Positions 39,101 to 53,333 are shown, counted from the first letter of the stretch. The stretch: 64,000 bases of DNA from Balanoglossus misakiensis (GCA_040954595.2 CM082588.2:10834844-10898843), one strand, 5' to 3'. Notes: generated by a model from the letters alone, not told the origin. Numbers and translations: made by a program.

Positions 39101-42100
39101 ATGGGGATTTAAAGTTGATTGTAAATCCCCAGGTTAATACATGGCCAAAAGCACTGTAATTTAAAATTGCTAATGCAATGGTGACATTGAATGTGATTCT
39201 TTGCATTAGGGGAAATGGCGTAGCAAGCCTAATGGTGCATCAGAGTAGATGGTGATGCAAGCTCTGCACTTTGACATAGGTATTTAATGCATATGCATGG
39301 GTATTTAATGTTGACTGTAAATCCTCAGGTTAATACGTGGCCATAAGCACTGTAATTTGACATTGCTAATGCAACGATGATATTGAATCTGAGTCTTTGC
39401 ATCAGGGTAAATGGCGATGCAAGCTTGATGATGCATCTCAGTAGATAGTGATGCAAACACTTCACTTTGACATGGGTATTTAATGCATGCGCATTGATAT
39501 TTAAAGTTGACTCTAAATCCCGAGGTTAATACATGGCCAAAAGCACTGTAATTTAAAATTTCTAATGCAAGGGTGACATTGAATATGGATAAATGGTGAA
39601 GCAAACGTGATGATGCATCAGGATAGATGGTGTTCCAAGCCCTTCACATTGACTTTTGAATATAATGCATATGGGGATTTAATGTTGACTGTAAATCCTC
39701 AGGTTAATACGTGGCCATAAGCACTGTAATTTGACATTGCTAATGCAACGATGATATTGAATCTGAGTCTTTGCATCAGGGTAAATGGCGATGCAAGCTT
39801 GATGATGCATCTCAGTAGATAGTGATGCAAACACTTCACTTTGACATGGGTATTTAATGCATGCGCATTGATATTTAAAGTTGACTCTAAATCCCGAGGT
39901 TAATACATGGCCAAAAGCACTGTAATTTAAAATTACTAATGCAAGGGTGACATTGAATATGGATAAATGGTGAAGCAAACGTGATGATGCATCAGGATAG
40001 ATGGTGTTCCAAGCCCTTCACATTGACTTTTGAATATAATGCATATGGGGATTTAAAGTTGATTGTAAATCCCTAGGTTAATAATGGCCAAAAGCACTTT
40101 TATTTGACATTGCTAATGCAACGGTGACATTGAATCTGATTCTATGCATAAGGGTAAATGGCGATGCAGGCTTGATGATGCATCACGGTAGATAGTGATG
40201 CAAACAGTTCACTTTGACATGGGTATTAAATGCATATGGGGATTTCAAGTTGATTACAAATCCTTGGGTTAATACGCATCCAAAAGCACTGTAATTTGAC
40301 ATTGCTAATGAAATGGTGACATTGAATGTAATTCTTTGCATTAGGGGAAATGGCTAAGCAAGCTTAATGATGCATTGGAGTAGATGGTGATGCAAGCTAT
40401 GCATTTTGACATAGGTATTTAATGCATGTGCATGGGTATTTAATGTTGACTGTAAATCCCTAGGTTAATACATGTCCAAAAGCACTGTAATTTAAAATTG
40501 CTAATGCAAGGGTGACATTGAATCTGATTCTTTGCATCAGGGCAAATTCTGAAGAATGCTTGATGATGCACCAGGGTCAATGGTGATGCAATCACTAAAC
40601 TTTGACACCGGGGTTTAAAATGTATACAGGGGGATTAAAAGTTGACTGTAAATCCCTGGGTTAATACAAGTCCAAAAGCACTTTAATTTGACATTGCTAA
40701 TACAACGGTGACATTTAATCTGATTCTTTGCATCAGGGAAAATGGCGAAGCAAGCTTAATAATGCATTGGAGTATATGGTGATGCAAGCTCTGCATTTTG
40801 ACATAGGTATTAAATGTATATGCAAGGGTATTTAAAGTTGTCCGTACATCCCGAGGTTAATACGTGGCCATAGGCACTGTAATTTGACATTGCTAATGCT
40901 ACCGTGATACTAAATCTGATTCTTTATATCAGGGAAAATGGTGAAGCAAGCTTGATGATGCATCAGGATAGATGGTGTTTCAAGCCCTTCACATTGACAT
41001 TAGAATATAATGCATATGGGGATTTAAAGTTGATTGTAAATCCCCAGGTTAGTATACGGCCAAACGAACTGTAATTTGACATTGCTAATGCAAGGGTGAC
41101 ATTGAATCTGATTCTTTGCATTAGGGCAAATGGCGAAGCAAGCTTGATGATGCATCACGGTAGATATTGATGCAAGCACTTCGCTTTGACATAGGTATAA
41201 AATTCATATGGGGATTTCAAGTTGATTATAAATCCCTGGGTTAATATGTGGCCGAAAGCACTTTTATTTGCCATTGCTAATGCTATGGTGACACTGATTA
41301 TTTGCATCAGGGTTAATGGCGAAACAAACTTGATGATGCATCAGGGTAGATGGTTTTTCAAGCCCTTCACATTGACATTGGAATATAATGCATATGGGGA
41401 TTTAAAGTTGATTATAAATCCCGATGTTTATACATGGCCAAAAGCACAGTAATTTGACATTGCTAATGCAATGGTGACATTGAATCTGATTCTTTGCATC
41501 AGCGTAAATGGCGAAGCATGCTTGATGATGCATCACAGTAGATAGTGATGCAAACACTTCGCTTAGACATGGGTATAAAAAGCATATAGGGATTTCAAGT
41601 AGATTATAAATCCCTGTGTTAATACGTGTCCAAAAGCACTGTAATTTGACATTGCTAATGCAATGTTGACACTATATCTGATTCTTTGCATCAGGGCAAA
41701 TGGGGAAGCAGCTTGATGATGGATCAGGGTAGATGGTATTTCAAGCCCTTCACATTGACATTGGAATATAACGCATATGGGGATTTAAAGTTGATTGTAA
41801 ATCCCCAGGTTGATACGTGGCCATAAGCACTGTAGTTTGACATTGCTAATGCTACCGTGACATTAAATCTGATTCTTTCCATCGGGGTAAATTGTGAAGC
41901 AAGCTTGATGATGCATCAGGACAGATGGTGTTTCAAGCCCTTCACATTGACAATGGAATATAACGCATATGGGGATTTAAAGTTGATTGAAAATCCCTAG
42001 GTTAATACATGTCCAAAAGCACTGTAATTTAAAATTGCTAATGCAAGGGTGACATTGAATCTGATTCTTTGCATTAGGGGGAATGGCGATGCAAACCTAA

Positions 42101-45100
42101 TGATGCATCAGAGTAGATGGTGATGCAAGCTCTGCACTTTGACATAGGTATTTAATGTATATGCATGGGTATTTAAAGTTGTCTGTAAATTCCCAGGTTA
42201 ATACGTGGCAATAAGCACTGTAATTTGACATTGCTAATGAAATGGTGACGCTGAATGTGATTTTTTGCATCAGGGTAAATTGTGAAGCAAGCTTGATGAT
42301 GCATCAGGATAGATGGTGTTTCAAGCCCTTCACTTGACATTGGAATATAACGCATATGGGGATTTAAAGTTAATTGCAAATCCATAGGTTAATACATGGC
42401 CAAAAACACTGTAATTTAAAATTGCTAATGCAATGGTGACATTGAATGTGATTCTTTGCATTAGGGGAAATGGCGTAGCAAGCCTAATGGTGCATCAGAG
42501 TAAATGGTGATGCAAGCTCTGCACTTTGACATAGGTATTTAATGTATATGCATGGGTATTTAAAGTTGTCTGTAAATTCCCAGGTTAATACGTGGCAATA
42601 AGCACTGTAATTTGACATTGCTAATGAAATGGTGACGCTGAATGTGATTTTTTGCATCAGGGTAAATTGTGAAGCAAGCTTGATGATGCATCAGGATAGA
42701 TGGTGTTTCAAGCCCTTCACTTGACATTGGAATATAACGCATATGGGGATTTAAAGTTAATTGCAAATCCATAGGTTAATACATGGCCAAAAACACTGTA
42801 ATTTAAAATTGCTAATGCAATGGTGACATTGAATGTGATTCTTTGCATTAGGGGAAATGGCGTAGCAAGCCTAATGGTGCATCAGAGTAAATGGTGATGC
42901 AAGCTCTGCACTTTGACATAGGTATTTAATGGATATGCATGGGTATTTAATGTTGACTGTAAATCCTCAGGTTAATACGTAGCCATAAGCACTGTAATTT
43001 GACATTGCTAATGTAACGGTGACATTGAATCTGATTCTTTGCATAAGGGTGAATGGCGATGCAAGCTTGATGATGCATCACGGTAGATAGTGATGCAAAC
43101 ACTTCACTTTGACATGGGTATCAAATGCATATGGGGATTTGCTAATGCTACCATGACACTAAATCTGATTTTTTGCATCAGGGAAAATGGTGAAGCAAGC
43201 TTGATGATGCATCATGATAGATGGTGTTTCAAGCCCTTCACATTGATATTAGAATATAATGCATATGGGGATTTAAAGTTGATTGTAAATCCCCAGGTTA
43301 GTATACGGCCAAACGCACTATAATTTGACATTGCTAATGCAACAGTAACATTGAATCTGATTCTTTGCATTAGGGCAAATGGCGAAGCAAGCTTGATGAT
43401 GCATCACGGTAGATATTGATGCAAGCACTTCGCTTTGACATAGGTATAAAATTCATATAGGGATTTCAAGTTGATTATAAATCCCTGGGTTAATATGTGG
43501 CCGAAAGCACTTTTATTTGCCATTGCTAATGCTATGGCGACACTAAATCTGATTCTTTGCATCAGGGTAAATTGTGAAGAAAGCTTGATGATGCATCAGT
43601 ATAGATGGTGTTTCAAGCCGTTCAAGTTAACATTGCAATATAATGCATATGGGGATTTGAAGTTGATTGTAAACCCGCAAGTTAATACATGGCCAAATGC
43701 TCAGTAATTTGACATTGCTGATGCTATGGTGACACTGATTATTTGCATCAGGGTTAATGGCGAAACAAACTTGATGATGCATCAGGGTAGATGGTATTTC
43801 AAGCCCTTCACATTGACATTGGAATATAATGCATATGGGGATTTAAAGTTGATTGTAAATCCCCAGGTTAATACATAGCCAAAAGCACTGTAATTTGACA
43901 TGGCTAATGCTACTGTGATACTAAATCTGATTCTTTGCATCAGGGCATATAGCGAAGCATGCTTGGTGATGCATCAGGATCAATGGTGATGGAGACACTG
44001 CACTTTGACATGCGTATTTAATGCATATGCACAGATGTTTAAAGTTGACTGTAAATCGCCAGGTTAATACGTGGCCAAAAGCACAGTAATTTGACATTGC
44101 GAATGCAACAGTGACATTTAATCTGATTCTTTGCATTAAGGCAAATGGCGAAGCATGCTTGACGATGCATCACAGTAGATAGTGATGCAAACACTTCGCT
44201 TAGACATGGGTATAAAAAGCATATAGGGATTTCAAATAGATTATAAATCCCTGTGTTAATACGTGTCCAAAAGCACTGTAATTTGACATTGCTTATGCAA
44301 TGGTGACACTATATCTGATTCTTTGCATCAGGGCAAATGGCGAAGCAGCTTGATGATGCATCAGGATAGATGGTGATGCAAGCTCTGCACTTTGACATGG
44401 GGATTAAATGCATGCTGAGGGGGATTTAAAGTTGTCAAAACAAACTTGATGATGCATCAGGGTAGATGGTATTTCAAGCCCTTCACATTGACATTGGAAT
44501 ATAACGCATATGGGGATTTAAAGTTGATTGTAAATCCCCAGGTTGATACGTGGCCATAAGCACTGTAGTTTGACATTGCTAATGCTACCGTGACATTAAA
44601 TCTGATTCTTTCCATCGGGGTAAATTGTGAAGCAAGCTTGATGATGCATCAGGACAGATGGTGTTTCAAGCCCTTCACATTGACAATGGAATATAACGCA
44701 TATGGGGATTTAAAGTTGATTGAAAATCCCTAGGTTAATACATGGCCAAAAGCACTGTAATTTACAATTGCAAATGCAATGGTGACATTGAATGTCATTC
44801 TTTGCATTAGGGGAAATGGCGTAGCGAGCATAATGGTGCATCAGAGTAGATGGTGATGCAAGCTATGCATTGTGACATAGGTATTTAATGCCTATGCATG
44901 GGTATTTAATGTTGACTGTAAATCCCCAGGTTAATACATGTCCAAAAGCACTGTAATTTAAAATTGCTAATGCAAGGGTGATATTGAATCTGATTCTTTG
45001 CATCAGGGCAAATTCTGAAGAATGCTTGATGATGCACCAGGGTCAATGATGATGCAATCACTAAACTTTGACACCGGGGTTTAAAATGTATACAGGGGGA

Positions 45101-48100
45101 TTAAAAGTTGACTGTAAATCCCCAGGTTTCAAGCCCTTCACATTGACATTGGAATATAACGCATACGGGGATTTAAAGTTGATTATAAATCCCCAGGTTA
45201 ATACATGGCCAAAAGCAATGGTGACATTGAATGTGATTCTTTGCATTAGGGGAAATGGCGTAGCAAGCCTAATGGTGCATCAGAGTAGATGGTGATGCAA
45301 GCTCTGCATTTTGACATAGGTATTAAATGTATATGCAAGGGTATTTAAAGTTGTCCGTACATCCCGAGGTTAATACGTGGCCATAGGCACTGTAATTTGA
45401 CATTGCTAATGCTACCGTGATACTAAATCTGATTCTTTGCATCAGGGAAAATGGTGAAGCAAGCTTGATGATGCATCAGGATAGATGGTGTTTCAAGCCC
45501 TTCACATTGACATTAGAATATAATGCATATGGGGATTTAAAGTTGATTGTAAATCCCCAGGTTAGTAAACGGCCAAACGAACTGTAATTTGACATTGCTA
45601 ATGCTACAGTGACATTGAATCTGATTCTTTGCATAAGGGCAAATGGCGAAGCAAGCTTGATGATGCATCACGGTAGATATTGATGCAAGCACTTCGCTTT
45701 GACATAGGTATAAAATTCATATGGGGATTTCAAGTTGATTATAAATCCCTGGGTTAATATGTGGCCGAAAGCACTTTTATTTGCCATTGCTAATGCTATG
45801 GTGACACTGATTATTTGCATCAGGGTTAATGGCGAAACAAACTTGATGATGCATCAGGGTAGATGGTTTTTCAAGCCCTTCACATTGACATTGGAATATA
45901 ATGCATATGGGGATTTAAAGTTGACTGTAAATCGCCAGGTTAATACGTGGCCAAAAGCACAGTAATTTGACATTGCGAATGCAACAGTGACATTTAATGT
46001 GATTCTTTGCATTAGGGCAAATGGCGAAGCATGCTTGACGATGCATTACTGTAGATAGTGATGCAAACACTTCGCTTTGACATGGGTATAAAAAGCATAT
46101 GGGGATTTCAAGTTGATAATAAATCCCGATGTTTATACATGGCCAAAAGCACTGTAATTTGACATTGCTAATGCAATGGTGACATTGAATCTGATTCTTT
46201 GCATCAGCGTAAATGGCGAAGCATGCTTGATGATGCATCACAGTAGATAGTGATGCAAACACTTCGCTTAGACATGGGTATAAAAAGCATATAGGGATTT
46301 CAAGTAGATTATAAATCCCTGTGTTAATACGTGTCCAAAAGCACTGTAATTTGACATTGCTAATGCCATGTTGACATTATATCTGATTCTTTGCATCAGG
46401 GCAAATGGGGAAGCAGCTTGATGATGGATCAGGGTAGATGGTATTTCAAGCCCTTCACATTGACATTGGAATATAACGCATATGGGGATTTAAAGTTGAT
46501 TGTAAATCCCCAGGTTAATACGTGGCCATAATCACTGTAATTTGACATTGCTAATGAAATGGTGACGCTGAATGTGATTTTTTTGCATCAGGGTAAATTG
46601 TGAAGCAAGCTTGATGATGCATCAGGATAGATGGTGTTTCAAGCCCTTCACTTGACATTGGAATATAACGCATATGGGGATTTAAAGTTAATTGCAAATC
46701 CCTAGGTTAATACATGGCCAAAAACACTGTAATTTAAAATTGCTAATGCAATGGTGACATTGAATGTGATTCTTTGCATCAGGGCAAATGGCGAAGCAGC
46801 TTGATGATGCATCAGGATAGATGGTGATGCAAGCTCTGCACTTTGACATAGGTATTTAATGCATATGCATGGGTATTTAAAGTTGTCTGTAAATTCCCAG
46901 GTTAATACGTGGCCATAAGCACTGTAATTTGACATTGCTAATGCAACGATGATATTGAATCTGATTCTTTGCATCAGGGTAAATGGCGATGCAAGCTTGA
47001 TGATGCATCACGGTAGATAGGGATGCAAACACTTCACTTTGACGTGGGTGTTAAATGCATATGGGGATTTGCTAATGCTACCGTGACACTAAATCTGATT
47101 CTTTGCATCAGGGAAAATGGTGAAGCAAGCTTGATGATGCATCAGGATAGATGGTGTTTCAAGCCCTTCACATTGACATTAGAATATAATGCATATGGGG
47201 ATTTAAAGTTGATTGTAAATCCCCAGGTTAGTATACGGCCAAACGAACTGTAATTTGACATTGCTAATGCTACAGTGACATTGAATCTGATTCTTTGCAT
47301 TAGGGCAAATGGCGAAGCAAGCTTGATGATGCATCACGGTAGATATTGATGCAAGCACTTCGCTTTGACATGGGTATAAAATTCATATGGGGATTTCAAG
47401 TTGATTATAAATCCCTGGGTTAATATGTGGCCGAAAACACTTTTATTTGCCATTGCTAATGCTATGGCGACACTAAATCTGATTCTTTGCATCAGGGTAA
47501 ATTGTAAAGAAAGCTTGATGATGCATCAGTATAGATGGTGTTTCAAGCCGTTCAAGTTAACATTGCAATATAATGCATATGGGGATTTAAAGTTGATTGT
47601 AAATCCCCAAGTTAATACATGGCCAAACGCTCAGTAAATTGACATTGCTAATGCTATGGTGACACTGATTATTTGCATCAGGGTTAATGGCGAAACAAAC
47701 TTGATGATGCATCAGGGTAGATGGTATTTCAAGCCCTTCACATTGACATTGGCATATAATGCATATGGGGATTTAAAGTTGAGTGTAAATCCCTAGGTTA
47801 ATACATAGCCAAAAGCACTGTAATTTGACATGGCTAATGCTACTGTGATACTAAATCTGATTCTTTGCACCAGGGCATATAACGAAGCATGCTTGATGAT
47901 GCATCAGGATCAATGGTGATGGAGACACTGCACTTTGACATGTGTATTTAATGCATATGCACTGATGTTTAAAGTTGACTGTAAATCGCCAGGTTAATAT
48001 GTGGCCAAAAGCACAGTAATTTGACATTGCGAATGCAATGGTGACATTGAATCTGATTCTTTGCATTACGGCAAATGGCGAAGCATGCTTGACGATGCAT

Positions 48101-48800
48101 TACTGTAGATAGTGATGCAAACACTTCGCTTTGACATGGGTATAAAAAGCATATGGGGATTTCAAGTTGATTATAAATCCCGATGTTAATACATGGCCAA
48201 AAGCAGTGTAATTTGACATTGCTAATGCAATGGTGACACTATATCTGATTCTTTGCATCAGGGCAAATGGCGAAGCAGCTTGATGATGCATCAGGATAGA
48301 TGGTGATGCAAGCTCTGCACTTTGACATGGGTATAAAATGCTTGCTGAGGGGGATTTAAAGTTGTCGAAACAAACTTGATGATGCATCAGGGTAGATGGT
48401 ATTTCAAGCCCTTCACATTGACATTGGAATATAGTGCATATGGGGATTTAAAGTTGATTGTAAATCCCCAGGTTAATACCTGGCCAAAAGCACTGTAATT
48501 TGACATTGCTAATGCAATGGTGACACTATATCTGATTCTTTGCATCAGGGCAAATGGCGAAGCAGCTTGATGATGCATCAGGATAGATGGTGATGCAAGC
48601 TCTGCACTTTGACATGGGTATAAAATGCTTGCTGAAGGGGATTTAAAGTTGTCGAAACAAACTTGATGATGCATCAGGGTAGATGGTATTTCAAGCCCTT
48701 CACATTGACATTGGAATATGGTGCATATGTGGATTTAAAGTTGATTGTAAATCCCCAGGTTAATACGTGGCCAAAAGCACTGTAATTTGACATTTCTAAT
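33170..48800. repeat. ~193-bp satellite, roughly 80 monomers, with higher-order repeats
   Basis: GGTTAATAC recurs every ~192-195 bp. Identical spurious ORFs recur at an offset of 6381 (37090/43471, 37540/43921) and near-identical ones at 3930 (43471/47401). Local duplications of 374, 387 and 287 bp. Confidence 0.95.
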
Positions 48801-48940
48801 GATGGTGAGATGTTGTTTGCTCCCCAGGGAGTTGAATGGAATAGTAAGGTCCAACGACCTAGGTCAAATTACCATGGGACAACTTTAAAGCATGTTGAGA
48901 TTTAATGTGCTACATAAGTTATAAATATTATATTAATATT

Positions 48941-49576
48941 TAGGGGTTATTACACGAATTTTGGTCGATAACGCGTCGTATTCGAGTGATGTCCGTATTT
49001 TGATGAGTTGCGCTTCGCAACGAGTCAAAATACAGACATCACGAGAATGCGTCGCGTTATCGACCAAAATTCGTGTAATAACCTCTTTATCATACATGCC
49101 TACCTATAAAACAGTACGATTTGCAGAAATGCGCCGAGAAAAACAATTTCAAATTTGAACCGGGCGCTGGGATCACGGCAGTAGCCATGTTGTGACGTAT
49201 GACGTGTGGGCCGTAGTATCATTTTAAGGGGGTTGGCAGCTTTCATTACGATGGGCACATCCACATTCTAAATAAAATTGTCTACGTTCTCTTTCAAAAT
49301 ATCATGTTAACAATTATTTTGCATTGAGAATTTCGAAGAACTAAAAATGATGCATTCAACATGACAAAACCGCCAGCTTTGAAAACTTTATTACAGCTTC
49401 TAATAACCGAATTTTACAACACCCCTCTCCACTATGCCCCGTGTGTCGCTCGCGCGCGCAGTGAACTGTCACGCCGAGACGTGGACGCGATATTTTCACA
49501 TTGTGAAATACCGTAAAATATCTTCGGGGCGAGAACAATAGAAAGTGTTAAATACAGGCGTTGCATGTATGATAAT
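48941..49576. mobile_element. TSD-less non-autonomous element with a 70-bp-stem terminal hairpin (Crypton-like?)
   Basis: Hairpin at 48942-49085 with apex GCGCTTCGC, then TTATCATACATGC (~49087) and GCATGTATGATAA (49563-49575). The paralogous empty site ATTAATATT|ATTACATAAA at ~51570 shows no duplication. Confidence 0.8.
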
Positions 49577-50534
49577 ATTACATAAACAACACTCTTACTT
49601 AGCTAAGGAAGTGGTCAGGTGAAATATATTTGCAGAGCTGACCAATTCTTTAAGGAAAATTAAAGTTGGGTATTTTGGATGTATTCATACCTACAAACTG
49701 TGTTATGTATGGGACGTTGATGTTGCCTAATACGTCTCCACATTAACTTGAATTATTAACAGCAGCTATACAAGGCAGCGTATGGAAAGATCATTGTAAG
49801 ACATACACAACACTTTTATGGAGCATGGGAAATGTTCATGAGAACTGTGTTCTCGGAGCTCAAAACTGTGTTATGAGAAATTCAAGCTGCTAAACTTGCG
49901 TGTCTCTAAATTTACTGAAACCGTGATAATGAGCAAAAGAAGGCAACGTATAGGAATGCCATTCTACCACATACTGTTACTCAACACTTCTATTAAGCAT
50001 GGGAAATAGTATTGAGAACAGTATTCTCAAAGTTGACAAACTGTGTTATGTGTAGAATATCCAAATTGCCTAATTGGCAATCGTTAGCAACCAGTTGTCT
50101 TCAAGAGGGTTTGGGGCACCAACCTCAACATGCTTTAAGTCTTTAGTGATCTAGCAAGTTAGCCTGCATATCGAGCAACTGTTAATGGAGTGAGTTGCTC
50201 AATGATAGGAAACTCCTTTGTTCATTTTCAAAATAAAAACCAAAAATGTGAACAAAACACACTGAATTATGTATGGGATATATGGGATTGCCTAATTTGC
50301 ATGTCTCCACATTTACTTAAACTCTCACAGGGAGACAAATGTCACAGCAGACGGAAAAATGATTATGCCACACACAGCACTTTTATTTAGCACGGGAACT
50401 GGTCTTGGGAAATGGGAGCTGACACACTGAATTTTTGGAAATTCAAAGAGCCTAATATGCATGTTTCCATATTTGCTTAAACCCTGACTGAGAGCTGAAC
50501 AAGGCACTAAATGGAAAGGTCATTGTGCCACATA

Positions 50535-50870
50535 AAGTCATAGTCCAGTCGTTAGAGCATCAGACCCATAATCAAAGAATCAAGGGTTTGATCCCTGGCA
50601 TGGTTGTGGTGTTGTGGTGTTTACATCTCCTTGCCTCTCCCCGCCCATAAGAAAAGGTAATTTGGTGGATCCGATATTGTAATGAGTATGTTTAGGTCTG
50701 CTGTGCTGATATAAAAGCTGCACATGTGAGCTGTTGTTTGCTCCCCATGGAGTGGGATGGAATATTTTAGGTCCACCGACCTAGGTCAAATTACCATGGG
50801 AAACACTTTGAAGCAGCACATTGAGATTTATTGTGTAATGTGCTATATAAGTAATAAATATTATATTGAT
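50535..50870 (+). mobile_element. Decayed tRNA-derived SINE with an L2-like 3' tail
   Basis: A-box-like TAGTCCAGTCGTTAG, B-box-like GGTTTGATCCC, and tail ...GCACATTGAG...GTGCTATATAAGT followed by an AT-rich end. The same tail occurs at 48805-48940 and 51443-51580. Confidence 0.6.
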
Positions 50871-50950
50871 ATCATTACATAAACAACACTCTTACTTAGC
50901 AAAGGAAGTGGTCAGGTGAACTATATTCGCAGAGCTGACCAATTGTTTAA

Positions 50951-51281
50951 AGGGGCAAAGTCTCTCTTTCGCCACCATTGTTCAATTAAGTTTGATACAT
51001 GAACCCATTTATGTTATTCTACATGTGGCTATATAGTGAATCAACATTCAACCAACAACTTTCATCCCGTTTGTAGAATCTGAGAGTAAAAATCTCGCAA
51101 AAATGAATAAATGGTAAACACCGATTATTCATTTTGGCGAGTTTTTTCATTCTTGTGTGTACAAGTGGGGTGGAAGTTGTGTTTGGTCGAACATTGATTC
51201 ACTATACAGCCAACATAAACGATGTCTTGTATCAAACATAATTAATGGTAAAAAGGGCAGCGAGAGAGACACTTTGTCCCT
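50951..51281. mobile_element. Kolobok-family MITE
   Basis: TTAA|AGGGGCAAAGTCTCTCT ... AGAGAGACACTTTGTCCCT|TTAA. Paralogous empty sites at ~49650 and ~51653 have a single TTAA. The left ~170 bp are similar to 53042-53210. Confidence 0.88.
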
Positions 51282-52079
51282 TTAAGTAAAATTCAAGTTG
51301 TGTAATGTGGACATATTCACATTTACAAACTGTTTTATAGTCACATGGGGATTAAATGCATATGCATGTGTATTTAAAGTTAACTGTAAATCCCCAGGTT
51401 AATACGTGGCCAAAAGCACTGTAATTTGACATTTCTAAAGATGGTGAGATGTTGTTTGCTCCCCAGGGAGTTGAATGGAATATTTATGTCCAACGACCTA
51501 AATCAAATGACCATGGGACAACTTTAAAGCACATTGAGATTTAATGTGCTACATACGTTATAAATATTATATTAATATTATTACATAAAAAACACTCTTG
51601 CTTAGCAAAGGAAGTGGTCAGGTGAAAAATATTTGCACAGCTGACCAATTATTTAAGGAATATTAAAGTTGGGTAATTTGGACGTATTCATACGGGTGTT
51701 GGTCAATGGAAAGTCCTTTGTTCATTTTCAAAATGGCAACCAAAAATGCGAACAAAACACACTGAATTCTGTACGGGATATTGATGTTGCCTAATTTGCG
51801 TGTTTCCACATTTACTTAAACTCTCACACGGAGACAAATGTCACAGCAAACGGAAAAATGACTATGCTACACACAACACTTTTATTGATCATGGGAAATG
51901 TTCATGAGAATTGTGTTATGGTACTTTTCGGGGCTCACGAACTGTGTTATGGGAAATCTGACAAGGAATCTAAACTGTACCACATACACAACACTTTTAT
52001 TAAGCGTGGGACATGGTCCTGAGAACAATATTCTCAGAGCTGACAAACTGTGTTATGTGAAATTCATGTTGCCTATTTC

Positions 52080-52717
52080 ATGATAATGGCTTGTGGTACA
52101 CAAGGGTTAACAGCAATCAGCAATTGCTTGTATGATAGGTATGATGATCGATTTATAAATTTCAATGGTATAATAATGGGCAACACATGTGGAAGTGTTT
52201 AATAAACAGTTAACTAATGTGGTGATGGTTTGTGGTAAAATTGAGGGTACACAGATTATAATGGGCCAAAACAATGAATATAATAGAGGTTGATGATGGT
52301 GAAGGGTTTCATATGAATGGTGTAATAAAGGTTAACAAATGTGGTGATAGCTTTGGTGTACAGGGCTGTTGATATATTTAGTAATGACAAAGGTATAATA
52401 ATGATAAAAGCTTAAATAAGTGTTGGGGCACAATCTTCACGATGGTTCATTCATTGGTTAATGTGTATATTTTATTAATATCATGCTATTGTTTATCAGT
52501 TAGATCATAATCAGGATTTTTCCATGCACATCGTCACCATGATTCAGCGGAATTCTTCTGAATAGTACCTGTGATCATTTTTCCGCACCGACGCATTGTA
52601 CGCGACAGACATGCAGAAAATATTAACATGTAACTCACAGGCATAATGTTAAATCTAAACGACTGTACGTTAGGTTAGCTTTACCTCCCCACCCCATCCA
52701 AATTCCAAATTTAGCTT
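52080..52717. repeat. Diverged direct repeat, copy 2
   Basis: Matches 31945-32410 in the same orientation. Confidence 0.75.
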
Positions 52718-53333
52718 GCCATGCAGTTTTCGGGTAGTACCAATTCGGAAACTTTCATGGTTCATTCATCGAACCAAATATTGGATTTGACACACTGTGC
52801 CATGGGTGGGTAAAGCATGGTGAAATGTTGGCGGTAAACTTTAACCAGGCAGGTCACATGAAATGAAGATATTATCCTTTGAGTTTGATGACATACATGA
52901 TAAGATATGTCAGTTTTGACACCTTTTTGCAGACATAGATGCTGATGTATTTTTTCCATTGGACACAGTAGTCAAAGTCCAGTCTGTGTTTAAAATGATA
53001 CCCTGGTCACACACAGTGAGAAATATCAGCCTTTGACTTAAAGGGACAAAGTCTCTCTCTTTTTGCCTTTTTTCCATTACTTTTGATTCATTCAAGACAC
53101 TGTGTATGTTATTTTAAATGTTGATATATAGTGAATCAACGTTCGACCACACACAAGTTCCATCCCGCTTGTAGACACGAGAGTAAAAAAATCACCAAAA
53201 TGAATAATCGTTCTTTACCATTTATTCGAGCGCGGACGCGGGCCGGGCTTCGATCATTACCAATGTGCGCATGTGCAAGGGTATATACACAAAATGAAAC
53301 GTCATACATATAATTATAGCTGTAGCGACAGTC

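Noticed and set aside
33177-48674. Many recurring 60-115-aa ORFs in the 193-bp satellite, and likewise in 13-30 kb
   Set aside because: These are chance open frames in tandem repeats, useful only as markers of duplication offsets.
50535-50605. tRNA gene
   Set aside because: The A and B boxes are degenerate, no cloverleaf is evident, and it runs on into a SINE body and tail.
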